Assembly: GCA_964634885.1 (NCBI GenBank) | Contig: CAZWLN010000001.1 | Coordinates: forward strand, 135,932 to 199,931 | Direction of reading: 5' to 3' | Length of the DNA stretch: 64,000 nt | From: an uncultured Hyphomicrobiales bacterium | GTDB taxonomy: Bacteria; Bacteroidota; Ignavibacteria; Kapaibacteriales; UBA2268 | Shown here: positions 29,673 through 40,558 of the stretch, piece by piece | Layout: each line of letters begins with the position of its first letter | How positions within the stretch are numbered: the stretch's first letter is position 1 | Translations under genes and position numbers: made by a program | Notes under the pieces: generated by a model | What the model saw: the letters and a program-made list of their open reading frames with translations, nothing else | Database searches by the model: none | Told to the model about the DNA's origin: nothing

Positions 29673-30386
29673 CTATGTATGATCCGCAACGGCCAGCGTA
29701 GCTGCATCCACACGCCGGGCGCCGCTTTCCAGCAGCGCTTCTGCACAGGCGTTGAGTGTAGAGCCGGTTGTTAATACATCGTCAACCAGCAGGAAAGACT
29801 TGCCCTGTGTACCTGCACCCTTTACGACTTCAAATACCCGGCTGACATTCTTACGTCGGGCTTCTTTACTCAGTTTTGTCTGCGTAGTGGTGTATTTCTT
29901 TCTGCGGATAATTCTAATATCGACCGGAATACCTGTTTCGCGGCTAATGCCTCTTGAGATCATCTCGGCCTGGTTGTAGCCGCGTTCCCGTTTGCGGGCG
30001 GCATGGATGGGTACAGGCAATATGGCGTCGTAGCCGAAGCCGGGAATGTACTTCAGCAACCTGCCGAATTCACCGCCAAGCTCGATGCCGATTTTCCACA
30101 TGCTGTGGTATTTCAGCTCGCGAATGAGGCAGGCATAGACATTTTCATCATTATATTTAAAAAATGAGTATATGCCGCTCAGGTAGAAGTAATCCCTGTT
30201 CTCCTGCATGGATTCGATCCTGTTAAGAAGGATGTCCCCGGGAGGCGCCAGAGGTATATTGTCAAGGCAGGTACGACAGACGAAATCGCCTTCGCATGGG
30301 CCGGACAGTCTGTCGTTGCAAATCAGGCACACACGGGGAGCTATGAATTGCAGGAGATTGTCGGCAATATTCTTAAATAATTTCAA
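29673..30386 (-). CDS. comF: ComF-family phosphoribosyltransferase (competence protein ComFC-like)
   Basis: N-terminal Cys pairs (CLICNDR...CRTC). PRTase motif FLLVDDVLTTGSTL. Confidence 0.75.
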   Translation of the reverse strand: MKLFKNIADNLLQFIAPRVCLICNDRLSGPCEGDFVCRTCLDNIPLAPPGDILLNRIESMQENRDYFYLSGIYSFFKYNDENVYACLIRELKYHSMWKIGIELGGEFGRLLKYIPGFGYDAILPVPIHAARKRERGYNQAEMISRGISRETGIPVDIRIIRRKKYTTTQTKLSKEARRKNVSRVFEVVKGAGTQGKSFLLVDDVLTTGSTLNACAEALLESGARRVDAATLAVADHT

Positions 30387-30862
30387 ATATTCGTTTGTGA
30401 TTCTTTCAAAGATTCTTTAACTAAGAATTTTTCAAATGAAAGTGTATTGTTTGGGAAGATGATGAGCCAGACAGCAGCTACGAGCATCCCGAAGTCCTCA
30501 AACAATTTGGGCCAGCCGACCTCTTCAGGATTAGCCGTAGAACAGCCGCAGTTGATGCTGAATCCCCTGATCATTGCCGAAGAGATTGCGATGATGAAGA
30601 CGACAAGCATGAAACCGATGACGGCGGCATTAGCCCTGATCTTTATGCCTGCAATCAACATGATGCCGCATATCAGTTCGAGCCAGGGGAGGATTAATGC
30701 AAATATGTTGACAATGAAATCCGGCAGGATGCGGTAATTTAAAATCTCCCTGGCAAATTCTCCGGGGTCGGCGATTTTACCGATAGACCAAAAAACGAAT
30801 ATCGCGCCCAATACAACTCTGACGACTAAAGTTAAATATGGATTATCAAGAATCTTTTTCAT
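30383..30862 (-). CDS. DoxX/MauE-family membrane protein
   Basis: Four hydrophobic helices. NCGCS motif. 4-nt overlap with comF. Confidence 0.6.
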   Translation of the reverse strand: MKKILDNPYLTLVVRVVLGAIFVFWSIGKIADPGEFAREILNYRILPDFIVNIFALILPWLELICGIMLIAGIKIRANAAVIGFMLVVFIIAISSAMIRGFSINCGCSTANPEEVGWPKLFEDFGMLVAAVWLIIFPNNTLSFEKFLVKESLKESQTNI

Positions 30863-31049
30863 AGTTCATTCTTTATGTCAATTATACATAACTTCCAAAA
30901 ACTGTTTTTTACCGGTGGATTACACTTCCACTACATATGTAAGACGCAAATCCATCGATTAAGACTCATCAAAAACATAATTATTTGAATATTTTCTGAA
31001 CCATAATTCATAATTTTGCAATTATTATTAATGTAATGTAGAAGAGAAT

Positions 31050-32414
31050 ATGTCATTAGTTAGGTCAATATCAGGTTTGAGAGGTACTTTGGGCGACAGC
31101 CTGACACCTGAATTAGTTGCAGCTTACACTGCTTCGTTTTCTTCCATTATGCCCTCCGGGCCGATTGTTGTCGGCAGAGACGGACGCCCTTCCGGAGCAT
31201 GGATGGAACAAATTGTTGCAGGGACTCTTGCCGCTTGCGGCAGGAAAGTGAAAATAGCGGGAATAGTTCCGACTCCGACGGTACAAATGCTTTCGGAACA
31301 TACGGACGCTGCCGGCGGCATTGCCATCACTGCTTCCCACAACCCAAAAGAATGGAACGGGCTGAAGTTTATGGACAGCGACGGTGTATTCCTCGACAAA
31401 ACTGAGAACGAAAGGCTCTGGGACTGTGTCGATAAGAAATTATATACATTTGAAGACTGTACTCTGCTGGAACCGGAATACCTGAGCGACAGGGCTTTCG
31501 ATTTCCACATCGATGCCATCCTCGGCCTGCCCTATATTTCAGATAACCTTAATGCTGTTGTTGACAGGAAATACAGAGTTGTCCTCGACGCCGTCAACGC
31601 TTCAGGTTCGAGAATAGTGCCGCGCCTGCTCGAGGAATTCGGCTGTGAAGTAATACCCCTGTTTTGCGATGAATCGGGTATCTTCCCTCATACACCCGAA
31701 CCATTGCCTGAGAACCTGGACCTACTTGCCCGGAAAGTAATCGAAAGCAAAGCAGACCTGGGAATCGCCGTCGATCCCGACGCCGACAGGCTCGTATTAA
31801 TCGACGGGACAGGAAAACCGATTGGCGAGGAGAAAACCGTGGTCATCGCTATCGACAGTGTCCTCTCCAATATCAGCCATTTCAGGAACTACAATTACTC
31901 CGGTGTCGTCGTCAATCTCAGCACTACGAGGCTGGCACGGGACGTAGCGGAAAAACACGGCGCTGCTTTCAACCTGGCTCCTGTCGGTGAGATTAACGTT
32001 GTAAGGCAGATGAAACAAAAGAAAGCAATCATCGGCGGGGAAGGCAGCGGGGGAGTAATTTTCCCTGTTTGCCACTACGGCAGGGACTCACTCGTCGGCA
32101 TTTCACTCGTCCTTACCTTCCTTGCAACCAAGGGAATCTCACTGGAAAAACTGAACAGCGAATACAAGAACTATGTAATTGTGAAAAAGAAATTTCCCAG
32201 GAATAGTCCCATGGATGCTATCATCGACAGGGTCCGCTCCAGGTATTCACAGGAAGAAGTAAATACTGACGACGGTATAAGGGTTGATTTCAGCGATTCC
32301 TGGGTGCAGGTACGGGCTTCGAACACCGAGCCGATAATCAGGATCATTGCCGAAGCGCCTACTAAAGAACAGGCTGAAGAGCTTATAGATAATGTAAAAG
32401 AGCTGTGTTTTTAA
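31050..32414 (+). CDS. glmM: Phosphoglucosamine mutase (phosphohexomutase family, Bacteroidetes-type N-terminus)
   Basis: SISGLRGTLG start. Active-site TASHNPKEWNG. Metal site GIAVDPDADRL. GGEGSGG sugar-phosphate loop. Confidence 0.7.
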   Translation: MSLVRSISGLRGTLGDSLTPELVAAYTASFSSIMPSGPIVVGRDGRPSGAWMEQIVAGTLAACGRKVKIAGIVPTPTVQMLSEHTDAAGGIAITASHNPKEWNGLKFMDSDGVFLDKTENERLWDCVDKKLYTFEDCTLLEPEYLSDRAFDFHIDAILGLPYISDNLNAVVDRKYRVVLDAVNASGSRIVPRLLEEFGCEVIPLFCDESGIFPHTPEPLPENLDLLARKVIESKADLGIAVDPDADRLVLIDGTGKPIGEEKTVVIAIDSVLSNISHFRNYNYSGVVVNLSTTRLARDVAEKHGAAFNLAPVGEINVVRQMKQKKAIIGGEGSGGVIFPVCHYGRDSLVGISLVLTFLATKGISLEKLNSEYKNYVIVKKKFPRNSPMDAIIDRVRSRYSQEEVNTDDGIRVDFSDSWVQVRASNTEPIIRIIAEAPTKEQAEELIDNVKELCF

Positions 32415-32565
32415 AATTGATAATAGAATAAAAATATCTGTTTTTTGTAATAAATTATGTTTGTATATTACGCTATGGTATTATGCAAAGGATACAATTC
32501 CTGTGTCTATATCCGCATAATATCAAAAGAAGGAGTTTATTGATTTAACTAATTCCGGAGTACAA

Positions 32566-33906
32566 ATGGCGGATGCTGAAATACTATCACGCATACAGTT
32601 TGCAGTAACGATCGCTTTCCATTACATCTATCCACCGTTAAGTATCGGGCTTGGCGTCATTCTCGTCGCAATGGAAGGACTGTACATTAAAACGAAGAAT
32701 AAGCTCTTCGAAGACATGACAAAATTCTGGGTCAAGGTTTTTGCAATTACTTTTGCCATTGGCGTTGCTACAGGCATTGTGATGGAATTCCAGTTCGGTA
32801 CGAACTGGGCCACCTATTCTCGTTTCGTCGGAGACGTGTTCGGATCGCCTCTGGCAGCAGAAGGGATATTTGCCTTCTTCCTCGAATCCGGTTTCCTGGC
32901 AATACTCGTGTTTGGGTGGAAGAAGGTCAGCCCGAAGATGCATTTTACTTCGACCATTCTCGTTGCCCTGGGAGCTCATCTCAGTGCAGTGTGGATAATC
33001 ATTGCAAATTCATGGCAGCAGACACCTGCCGGATTCCATGTCGTAGGCGAAGGCCTGAAAGCCAGGGCCGAAATGACGGATTTCTGGGAAGTGGTGTTCA
33101 ATCCTTCATCGATGGACAGGCTCTCGCACACACTTTCCGGTGCCTGGCTTGCCGGCGCCTTCCTTGTGCTGAGCATCGGTGCTTATTACCTCATTAAAAA
33201 CAAGTATATCGATTTTGCAAAATCATCTATGAAAATAGCTGTCTGCCTGGCAATTTTTGCCTCGCTCTTCCAGCTTTTTACCGGGCATAATTCAGCTCAG
33301 GGTGTAGCCGAGAACCAACCCTCCAAGCTTGCGGCTTTTGAAGGGCATTATACGACCGGGCCCGCAGACCTCTACCTTTTCGGATGGGTTAACCATGAGA
33401 ATAAAGAAGTTACAGGGGTAAAAATACCGGGAATGCTCTCCTGGATGGTATATTTCGACTCAGAAAAGCCGGTTACAGGTCTTGACAGGATACCACCGGA
33501 CGAGCAGCCTCCCGTAAACATGGTCTTCCAGGCCTATCATATCATGGTTGCCATCGGCATGGCTTTGATTGCACTAAGCCTGGGTGCAGCCTTTTTCTGG
33601 TGGCGCCGGACACTTTGGAACAAACGCTGGTTCCTGAAGATACTGTTGTTCGCGGTGATACTGCCCCAGGCAGCGAACCAGATCGGATGGATTGCCGCGG
33701 AAGTCGGAAGGCAGCCGTGGATTGTCTATGGTTACCTCAAGACCAGAGACGGCCTGTCGAAGTCTGTCGATCCATCGCAGGTAATGTTTTCGCTCATTTT
33801 CTTCTCGTTGATATATATACTGCTTTTCGGTTTGTTCATGTACCTGCTTAACAGAAAGGTCAAGCACGGGCCTGAGCTTACGGAAGCTGAAAATAATGCT
33901 CTTTAA
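32566..33906 (+). CDS. cydA: Cytochrome bd ubiquinol oxidase subunit I
   Basis: [25 protein letters not shown]-terminus. Q-loop. Multi-TM protein. Confidence 0.9.
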   Translation: MADAEILSRIQFAVTIAFHYIYPPLSIGLGVILVAMEGLYIKTKNKLFEDMTKFWVKVFAITFAIGVATGIVMEFQFGTNWATYSRFVGDVFGSPLAAEGIFAFFLESGFLAILVFGWKKVSPKMHFTSTILVALGAHLSAVWIIIANSWQQTPAGFHVVGEGLKARAEMTDFWEVVFNPSSMDRLSHTLSGAWLAGAFLVLSIGAYYLIKNKYIDFAKSSMKIAVCLAIFASLFQLFTGHNSAQGVAENQPSKLAAFEGHYTTGPADLYLFGWVNHENKEVTGVKIPGMLSWMVYFDSEKPVTGLDRIPPDEQPPVNMVFQAYHIMVAIGMALIALSLGAAFFWWRRTLWNKRWFLKILLFAVILPQAANQIGWIAAEVGRQPWIVYGYLKTRDGLSKSVDPSQVMFSLIFFSLIYILLFGLFMYLLNRKVKHGPELTEAENNAL

Positions 33907-33929
33907 TTGAAAATATCCGGAGTAAATAT

Positions 33930-34946
33930 ATGGATTTAAATACGATATGGTTCATCCTGATCGGGGTACTCCTGACAGGCTATGCAATCCTCGACGGATT
34001 CGACCTCGGCGTCGGTTCGCTCCATCTGCTGGCAAAAAACGACCTGGAGCGCAGAATACTAATTAACTCGATCGGCCCTGTCTGGGACGGCAACGAAGTG
34101 TGGCTCGTTACCGGTGGAGGCGCCTTGTTCGCAGCGTTCCCGCATGTATATGCAACAGTATTCTCAGGCTTCTATACCGCATTCATGCTACTGCTGTTCA
34201 TGATCATTTTCAGGGCAGTATCAATCGAATTCAGGAGTAAAGTTGAGACTGCCGGATGGCGTAATACCTGGGACCGGGCTTTCAGTGTTTCAAGCTTTGT
34301 AATTGCCCTGTTGATGGGTGTTGCTTTGGGTAACATCGTCATCGGCGTCCCGCTCGATGCGAATTTTGAGCCACTGTTCGGACTGCTCGACCTGCTCAAT
34401 CCTTATTCAATTCTGATCGGCCTTACAACAGTAGTCATGTTTATGATGCACGGCTCCCTGTTCCTGACGGTAAAGACCGAGGGTGAACTTAACGAGAAAG
34501 CTAAACGCTGGGCAAAAAACAGTTACTTCTATTTTGTTGCCTGTTACCTCGCCACTACAATATTGACCGTGATATATGTCCCACACATGACAGCGCCTTT
34601 CAACAGCAATCCAGTACTCTACGCCATCCCGCTCATCAACCTGCTTGCTATTGCAAATATTGCGAGGGAGCATTTCAGGGGAAAACCATTAAGGGCTTTC
34701 ATATCCTCGGGTGTGAATATTGCCTGCCTCATGGCCCTGTTTGCCGTCGGCCTGTTCCCGGACATCGTCATCTCCAGTCCTGCACCGGAAAACAGCCTTA
34801 ACGTTTACAATGCTGCTTCTTCACCCAGGACTCTGGAGACGATGCTGATAATAGCCCTGATAGGGATGCCGCTGGTCATCGGTTACACCATTTTCATTTA
34901 CCGCATCTTCCGCGGCAAGGTGAAGATCGAAGAGACAAGCTATTAG
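33930..34946 (+). CDS. cydB: Cytochrome bd ubiquinol oxidase subunit II
   Basis: MDLNTIWFILIGVLLTGYAILDGFDLGVG is a typical CydB N-terminus. Immediately downstream of cydA. Confidence 0.9.
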   Translation: MDLNTIWFILIGVLLTGYAILDGFDLGVGSLHLLAKNDLERRILINSIGPVWDGNEVWLVTGGGALFAAFPHVYATVFSGFYTAFMLLLFMIIFRAVSIEFRSKVETAGWRNTWDRAFSVSSFVIALLMGVALGNIVIGVPLDANFEPLFGLLDLLNPYSILIGLTTVVMFMMHGSLFLTVKTEGELNEKAKRWAKNSYFYFVACYLATTILTVIYVPHMTAPFNSNPVLYAIPLINLLAIANIAREHFRGKPLRAFISSGVNIACLMALFAVGLFPDIVISSPAPENSLNVYNAASSPRTLETMLIIALIGMPLVIGYTIFIYRIFRGKVKIEETSY

Positions 34947-35053
34947 TGGCTGGTGACTGGTGGCTGGTGAATGGTTGCCGGTGGCTGGTGAATGGTTGCC
35001 GGTGGCTGGTGAATGGTTGCCGGTGGCTGGTGGCTGGTGGTTAGTGGCTGGAC
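34947..35053. repeat. Tandem minisatellite, 21-bp unit GGTGGCTGGTGAATGGTTGCC x3 plus degenerate flanking copies, starting at the cydB stop codon
   Basis: Read directly. In-frame stop codons rule out a coding extension. Confidence 0.8.
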
Positions 35054-35118
35054 TTTTTAGTTCATCAAGTTTGTAAAGTTTATCAAGTTCATAAAGTAAG
35101 AAAAAGCTGAACCGGCAC

Positions 35119-35282
35119 TTCTTTCTCCTTCCCCTTGGGGAATAATTCCCCTTGGGGAAGGCCGGGATGGGGTTCGCAGTTCATCAAGTTTGTAAAGTCA
35201 GAAGAGTTCCGAGCCGAGCGCAGCGAGACCAGCGCAGCCAATTCTGAGCCGAGCATAGCGAGAACAGCGTAGCCAATGCTGA
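35119..35282. repeat. Composite intergenic repeat region paralogous to 29032..29604 (CTCCTTCCCCTTGGGG block, GTTTGTAAAG motifs, two tandem GAGCCGAGC...CCAAT(T/G)CTGA blocks)
   Basis: The blocks are shared with the other locus but arranged in a different order. Confidence 0.7.
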
Positions 35283-35494
35283 ATCAAGAATGATGAATGC
35301 TGAGTATACTGTATGTTCCTTTGTCAGATAATTACTACATGACACAGAGTTATGTGAATATTTTTTCACATAATAGACTTCAATATATTATCATTTGAAT
35401 CAGGTAAGCAATTAATAATAATACTGTTTAGCCTTCATTAGAAATTTCTGGCACAATAATTTCATTATTAGTGGGCATTATTCAATAAACAAGA

Positions 35495-37687
35495 GTGATT
35501 ATGAAAGTCTTTACAGTTTTGTTTTTAATGGCTATATCAAATACGCTTATTCATTCTCAGGATTACTGGGAGAGGTTCGACCTTCCACCGTATCATGGCG
35601 CAGTATCTAATTTGAAGCCTATTAGCGACGGCAGCTTAATTTATGTAAATTTCAGCAGAGGCGAGCCTTATTGCAATTCCAATAAAACCTCATTCAACAA
35701 ATTGGATATGGAAGGGAATAGTACTGTATTATGCGATGCTTTTACTCCTAATTATATATCTTCGGCGAAGTATTTATCTGACAAATATGGAGCATTTTAT
35801 TGTATTACAAAATCATCAGGCAAAACGGAGAAAATATATTCAAATGTCAACGACAGCGGTTTGGAAATGGACACAATAAGCGAGTTTAAAAGTGATAATT
35901 TCATTGAATTCGATGGGAGAATTTACAGGTTTGAAACTCCAACTCTCTATATTCTGGATAGCGACCGCAATTGGCAGGTGTTTATCGATTCATTGCCAAT
36001 CTTAAACAGGATAATCAATTTTGGGTTTAACGGCAATGATGTGTTTTATTCCGATGAAAACCAATCCATACATTATGATTTGAGTACAAAAAATCATCAC
36101 ATTGAAAAAATGAAGTATTCGGATCAGTTCTATAAGGTCGTTGATGGCTTCGATTCTAATCTTGTATTCGTCTATTATGATAACAAGGGTTTGTCGCTTA
36201 ATTATTATGATAAAAATGAAAATAATTGGATAGTTGACAGCAGTAGCTATTATGAAAAACAATATGCCTTATTTTCTCAGATTGTTTTTTATAAAAACGA
36301 ATTCTATGTTTATACTAAAAAACGCTTTGCCAATTTGAATATTTATGAGGATGCATTTCAAATAGGTAAACTATCGCTTGGAAAAAAATTCGAAGAAATA
36401 CTGACTTTTGCCGGATGTATGAATAATATGGCTGTTGGCAACGACAAAATCTATATTGGTTCGAGCGACTTTATGAACATTTATAATCTTCAGGGAAACC
36501 TTGTCAGGACTGTCCTGTCAGGCGATTGTGGGTTGGAATCGAATTTGAGGTTTTCTGTTTTTGATGTGGATAACATATATTATTCAAATGTGGCAGGATT
36601 GTATTCGTACAACTTAATCACAAAGAAATATCAGGGTTTGATGAGCGCCTGCACAAGCGCGACAATCCGTAGGTTTATGAGAGTAAATAATACAATCTAC
36701 ATAACGCCCGGCTACCTTTTCTCTACTGACAATGGAAATTCCTGGAAAGTCAACGATTGGTCTTTTAGTTTAGAATTCCCGGATGAATATGGTAATTTGT
36801 ATAGTTGGTATCGTTCTTACCAAAATTTACTAATTTTAAAAAGCACAAACTTAGGAAAAACATGGGACAGCATCGATTATAAGGTTAATGGAAATGGTGT
36901 GGAATTACGTAGTGTTAATGATATTATATACAATCAGGGCTTTGGTATGTTGGCCCAATCCACAGACGGCGTATTCCGTTCAACGGATTACGGGGTTACA
37001 TGGGATAAAATTGCGGAACTGCCTGTCAATGTCAATGATACCATTGTAAGCGGAGAATTATATTATTCTGATAATATCCTGCATTCTGTAGTAAACATCA
37101 AGAACAGTCAGGTCTATCGCACAGTATATTACCAAAGCAGGGACTTCGGTAAAAACTGGGTCCAAATAATGTACGGTTTGGAGAATGTCAGGAAACCTGT
37201 TTTTAGTGGCGCCGACAAATACGGGAACATGTATGCAAGCGACAGCAGTAAAATATATATACTGAAAAAAGACAGAGGATATTGGACGCCTCTGGCTCAC
37301 AATTTTGAAGCCGGCACAATTGACGATTTCAAAGTCTATGAAGACGGAACCTTATTTGTCTATTCTGCTCCAAACAGCATATACAGGTCAACCATGCCGC
37401 TCGGGGCCGGGGAAACTGTAGAGCCTGGACCGACAGGGTTAGCGCTGTTTCCCAACCCGGCAACAGACTTGCTGACAATCACTTTCAATAATGAATCAAC
37501 AGCAGATGTGACTGTCAGCGTATATAACCTTCTGGGTAACAAAGTGGCAGAGGTCTGCCATGAATACATGGACCCGGGTAACAGGTGCGTTTCCTGGAAT
37601 TGTTCTGCCCTTCCTCCGGGACAATACTATGCACGGCTTCAGGCAGGGCAGAATGTGAAGACTGCCGCTTTTACAGTCAACAAATGA
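35495..37687 (+). CDS. Secreted BNR/Asp-box repeat (sialidase-like beta-propeller) protein with T9SS CTD
   Basis: Signal peptide. Asp-boxes STDNGNSWK, STNLGKTWDSI, STDYGVTWDKI, SRDFGKNWVQI. C-terminal LALFPNPATDLLTITF...GQYYARL sorting domain. Confidence 0.7.
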   Translation: MIMKVFTVLFLMAISNTLIHSQDYWERFDLPPYHGAVSNLKPISDGSLIYVNFSRGEPYCNSNKTSFNKLDMEGNSTVLCDAFTPNYISSAKYLSDKYGAFYCITKSSGKTEKIYSNVNDSGLEMDTISEFKSDNFIEFDGRIYRFETPTLYILDSDRNWQVFIDSLPILNRIINFGFNGNDVFYSDENQSIHYDLSTKNHHIEKMKYSDQFYKVVDGFDSNLVFVYYDNKGLSLNYYDKNENNWIVDSSSYYEKQYALFSQIVFYKNEFYVYTKKRFANLNIYEDAFQIGKLSLGKKFEEILTFAGCMNNMAVGNDKIYIGSSDFMNIYNLQGNLVRTVLSGDCGLESNLRFSVFDVDNIYYSNVAGLYSYNLITKKYQGLMSACTSATIRRFMRVNNTIYITPGYLFSTDNGNSWKVNDWSFSLEFPDEYGNLYSWYRSYQNLLILKSTNLGKTWDSIDYKVNGNGVELRSVNDIIYNQGFGMLAQSTDGVFRSTDYGVTWDKIAELPVNVNDTIVSGELYYSDNILHSVVNIKNSQVYRTVYYQSRDFGKNWVQIMYGLENVRKPVFSGADKYGNMYASDSSKIYILKKDRGYWTPLAHNFEAGTIDDFKVYEDGTLFVYSAPNSIYRSTMPLGAGETVEPGPTGLALFPNPATDLLTITFNNESTADVTVSVYNLLGNKVAEVCHEYMDPGNRCVSWNCSALPPGQYYARLQAGQNVKTAAFTVNK

Positions 37688-37814
37688 AATGTATGAATAA
37701 ACCGGGATTCGTCCTTTGACATATTTCTTTCTTCTGCTTTCCCCCGGGCAATTAACGAGGCAATGTACAAACCCTATCCCGCCATATTCCTCCCCGGGGG
37801 GAAGCGTGAATAAA

Positions 37815-38570
37815 TTACCCCTTCAACCCGATGAACGCTACCATCCTCCCGGAGTTCAACCCGTCCCGCCTGTAGGAATGGAAACGGTTGTCGGCGATGG
37901 TGCAGAAAGGCGACACCTCGATGTTCCCGTCCCTGACACCCGCCTCCAGTAACTGGAAGTATATCTCTTTACGATTGTCGAAGAGGTACTTCTCTTCGCT
38001 CACCCTGACTGTGGAATGGGGAAAATGGCGCGCTACGTCCCAACGCACTTCATAGTTCTTAACCGATGCGCAGGGGGAGATGTAAACCAACAATTCGCCG
38101 GCATTGCTGCCGTAGCGCTTTTTCATCTCCTGAATACCTTTCGAAGCAATGTTTTGCATGGTACCTTTCCATCCTGAATGGAATGCGCCGACAGCAGCGT
38201 TGACAGGGTCAAAGACAAGGACTGCCGCACAATCTGCAATTTTTACTACGGGGAAAACAGCGGGAATGTTAGTAATCATACCGTCTGCTACTGTCACTTC
38301 GGAGTTAGCGTCTATAACATGAATGATATCCGTGTGTTCCTGTTTCCGGAATTTCAGATGTTGAAAAGGCACGCCGAGATTTGCTGCGAGCAGTTCCTGG
38401 TATTCTTTGATTTCTTCATCTGTATATATTGTAGTTGAGAAATTGGAGAAGGAGATGCCTCTTTCACCGCCAATGGCTTCGTTCTTAAGTGTTACACCCG
38501 CCGTAACCATGTCTTGCGGAAATATTTCCGGTGCAACAAGCTCAATTCTTTTCATTCCAATCCAAATCAA
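37815..38570 (-). CDS. pgeF: YfiH/PgeF-family (Cu-oxidase_4, DUF152) purine nucleoside phosphorylase / peptidoglycan-editing-factor-like protein
   Basis: AVGAFHSGWKGTMQNI (HxGWRG-like). C-terminal FHSYRRDG. Confidence 0.7.
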   Translation of the reverse strand: MIWIGMKRIELVAPEIFPQDMVTAGVTLKNEAIGGERGISFSNFSTTIYTDEEIKEYQELLAANLGVPFQHLKFRKQEHTDIIHVIDANSEVTVADGMITNIPAVFPVVKIADCAAVLVFDPVNAAVGAFHSGWKGTMQNIASKGIQEMKKRYGSNAGELLVYISPCASVKNYEVRWDVARHFPHSTVRVSEEKYLFDNRKEIYFQLLEAGVRDGNIEVSPFCTIADNRFHSYRRDGLNSGRMVAFIGLKG

Positions 38571-40476
38571 TAATTCTGTACAAACCTTCTTTCAAATTTA
38601 ATAAATTTCCCAGTATCTTTTCATCCCGATAATTAAGGCTGCACGCGCGGCACCCTCCAACAGCCGCCACTGAATCGGCAATGCTGCGGCTGAGCCTGCC
38701 GCTGTAAGCCAGTAACAGCCGCCCCTCTTTAGCGATGAGGTAATCGAGTACGCCCCGGTCACTGTAATTATACCTGGACGGTTTCCTGTCTGCCATGTAA
38801 ACCAACGTCAGTGAGTCGGAAAGAGGTTTCTCAAGTAAAACCATGTGCCTTCGGGGATAGATCCTTGTGTCGCTACTTAAAGCTTCTTTCTCCGGGACAA
38901 TGAAAAGTACTGACAGGAATACCAGGGCACAAGTGGCGAACCTCGTGGAAAAAGCCCGCAGGGAAGCGGACAGGGTAAGATAGAGGACGGCAATGGGAAA
39001 GAGGATTGACAGGACGATCGACAGCGGCCCCCTGAAGACAAGAGCATCTATTCCGGAAAACAGGGTTACAAGGTAATTGGCTGTTACAATCAGGAAGTCG
39101 GACACTGCCGAGTATATAAGCGCAATATCGATGGATATAAGCGAAAACAGGAGGGAGACTACCGAGAAGACCAGCCCGCCCATCATCATAGGAATTACCA
39201 GTATATTGGCAATAATCGAAATGAAGCTGATGAAACCGAAATTGAGCGCAATTACAATGGAGATAGTTACTGACGTAGCAATGCCGACGGCAATGGTATC
39301 AATCAAATATGTCCCGGCTTTGTCCCGCGTCCTGATTAATAAGTTCAACCTTTCCCTCAGGGGTTTGTAGAAGAGGGTAATTCCCAATACCGACAGGAAT
39401 GACAGTTGGAAACTGAAGCCGGCAATTAGCGGTGGGTCTGCCAGAACAATGGCATAGGCAGTAAAAGCGAGGATATTAAGCATATTGGCCTTCCGTTGAA
39501 CAGTAACAGCCAGCATGAAAACCGAGGCCATTACCGCCGCCCTTAATGCCGGGGGCTGCATTCCGGTAAGAAATACGAAAGTGCCTGTCATTACAATGAA
39601 AATCAGGAATTTAATCCATGGCCTGCCGATGATACTCAGGAAAAAGAAAAGTATATATGCTATGATGCCGACATGAAGGCCGCTGATCGACAATACATGG
39701 ACAGTGCCGGTAAGGGAGTAGGCCTGCTTTGTCTCTTTCGTCAGTCCCGACCTGTCTCCTGTAAGCATCGACTTGACCAATTCCTTTGAGTTGGGATGGA
39801 ACAGAACGTCAATCCTGTCGTTAACTGCTGTAACAGCGTCATACCTCAGTCCGGCCAAGAGGTCTGTACCGCCTCTTATTGCCATGGCCCCTGCGTCGGC
39901 TGTTGCATACCAGCGGGCGTCGAGGTAGCGGGCATAGGCTTCCTCGTCCATTTCACCCGGCAGGGTTTTCTTTTGAGGTATTCGCACTTTAACAGGTACC
40001 ACGATTGTAATGCCTTCCATGAGTTCTGATCCTACTACTCCGGGATTGGCCGCATTGATTATTACCCTCTGGCCTTCGAGCACAGGCAGTTCTTTAGCGT
40101 CGAGCCTGCCTTCGGCAACGAAAGCCGTTTGTGTCGTACTGTCGGTTTTAAGTATTTGTACGATCCTGCCTTCGAAAATACCATCCATCACCGGCGTGCA
40201 GTTGTGTGCGTCTATGTCATTCTTACCGAAGGCCACAAATCCTATATAGAACCCCAATGCAAAACAAACGGCAAAATAGCTGAAGGTACGGGCCCTGGTC
40301 AGTAAGAGAATGATTGAAGCAAGCAGTAAAACAGCGATAATAACGACAAACAGCTGTAAACCGGGGAGCGTAAACGCAGCAGCAGCAATGCCCGGCAGCG
40401 TAAAAAGCGACAGTTTTACCGAAGGATATTGGTTGAATAATGATTTTGTTGCTTTTATCATTATTTTTTGACGCAA
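38542..40476 (-). CDS. comEC: ComEC/Rec2 DNA-internalisation competence protein (membrane core, no C-terminal MBL domain)
   Basis: Polytopic membrane protein. LTGTVHVLSISGLHVGII competence-domain signature. Confidence 0.75.
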   Translation of the reverse strand: MRQKIMIKATKSLFNQYPSVKLSLFTLPGIAAAAFTLPGLQLFVVIIAVLLLASIILLLTRARTFSYFAVCFALGFYIGFVAFGKNDIDAHNCTPVMDGIFEGRIVQILKTDSTTQTAFVAEGRLDAKELPVLEGQRVIINAANPGVVGSELMEGITIVVPVKVRIPQKKTLPGEMDEEAYARYLDARWYATADAGAMAIRGGTDLLAGLRYDAVTAVNDRIDVLFHPNSKELVKSMLTGDRSGLTKETKQAYSLTGTVHVLSISGLHVGIIAYILFFFLSIIGRPWIKFLIFIVMTGTFVFLTGMQPPALRAAVMASVFMLAVTVQRKANMLNILAFTAYAIVLADPPLIAGFSFQLSFLSVLGITLFYKPLRERLNLLIRTRDKAGTYLIDTIAVGIATSVTISIVIALNFGFISFISIIANILVIPMMMGGLVFSVVSLLFSLISIDIALIYSAVSDFLIVTANYLVTLFSGIDALVFRGPLSIVLSILFPIAVLYLTLSASLRAFSTRFATCALVFLSVLFIVPEKEALSSDTRIYPRRHMVLLEKPLSDSLTLVYMADRKPSRYNYSDRGVLDYLIAKEGRLLLAYSGRLSRSIADSVAAVGGCRACSLNYRDEKILGNLLNLKEGLYRIIDLDWNEKN

Positions 40477-40558
40477 TTACTTAGTAAATTTACACATGTA
40501 AAATAAAAAAAAATAATTAAAGTTTACTATTATTTAAGTTGGACAAACAGAGAAAAAT

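Noticed and set aside
29394-29746. Short ORFs (73 aa and 106 aa) inside intergenic repeat locus 1
   Set aside because: They span repeat blocks shared with another non-coding locus. Their translations are Arg/Pro/Trp-rich, as expected from GC-rich repeats. No start or RBS support.
37730-37812. Terminator between the convergent BNR protein gene and pgeF (CCCCGGGG palindromes)
   Set aside because: The palindromes are loop-less and not followed by a T tract, so an intrinsic terminator call is not supported.
40477-40558. Possible glmS ribozyme upstream of glmS
   Set aside because: The leader is only ~80 nt and AT-rich, with none of the conserved glmS ribozyme core sequences. A plain promoter region is far more likely.
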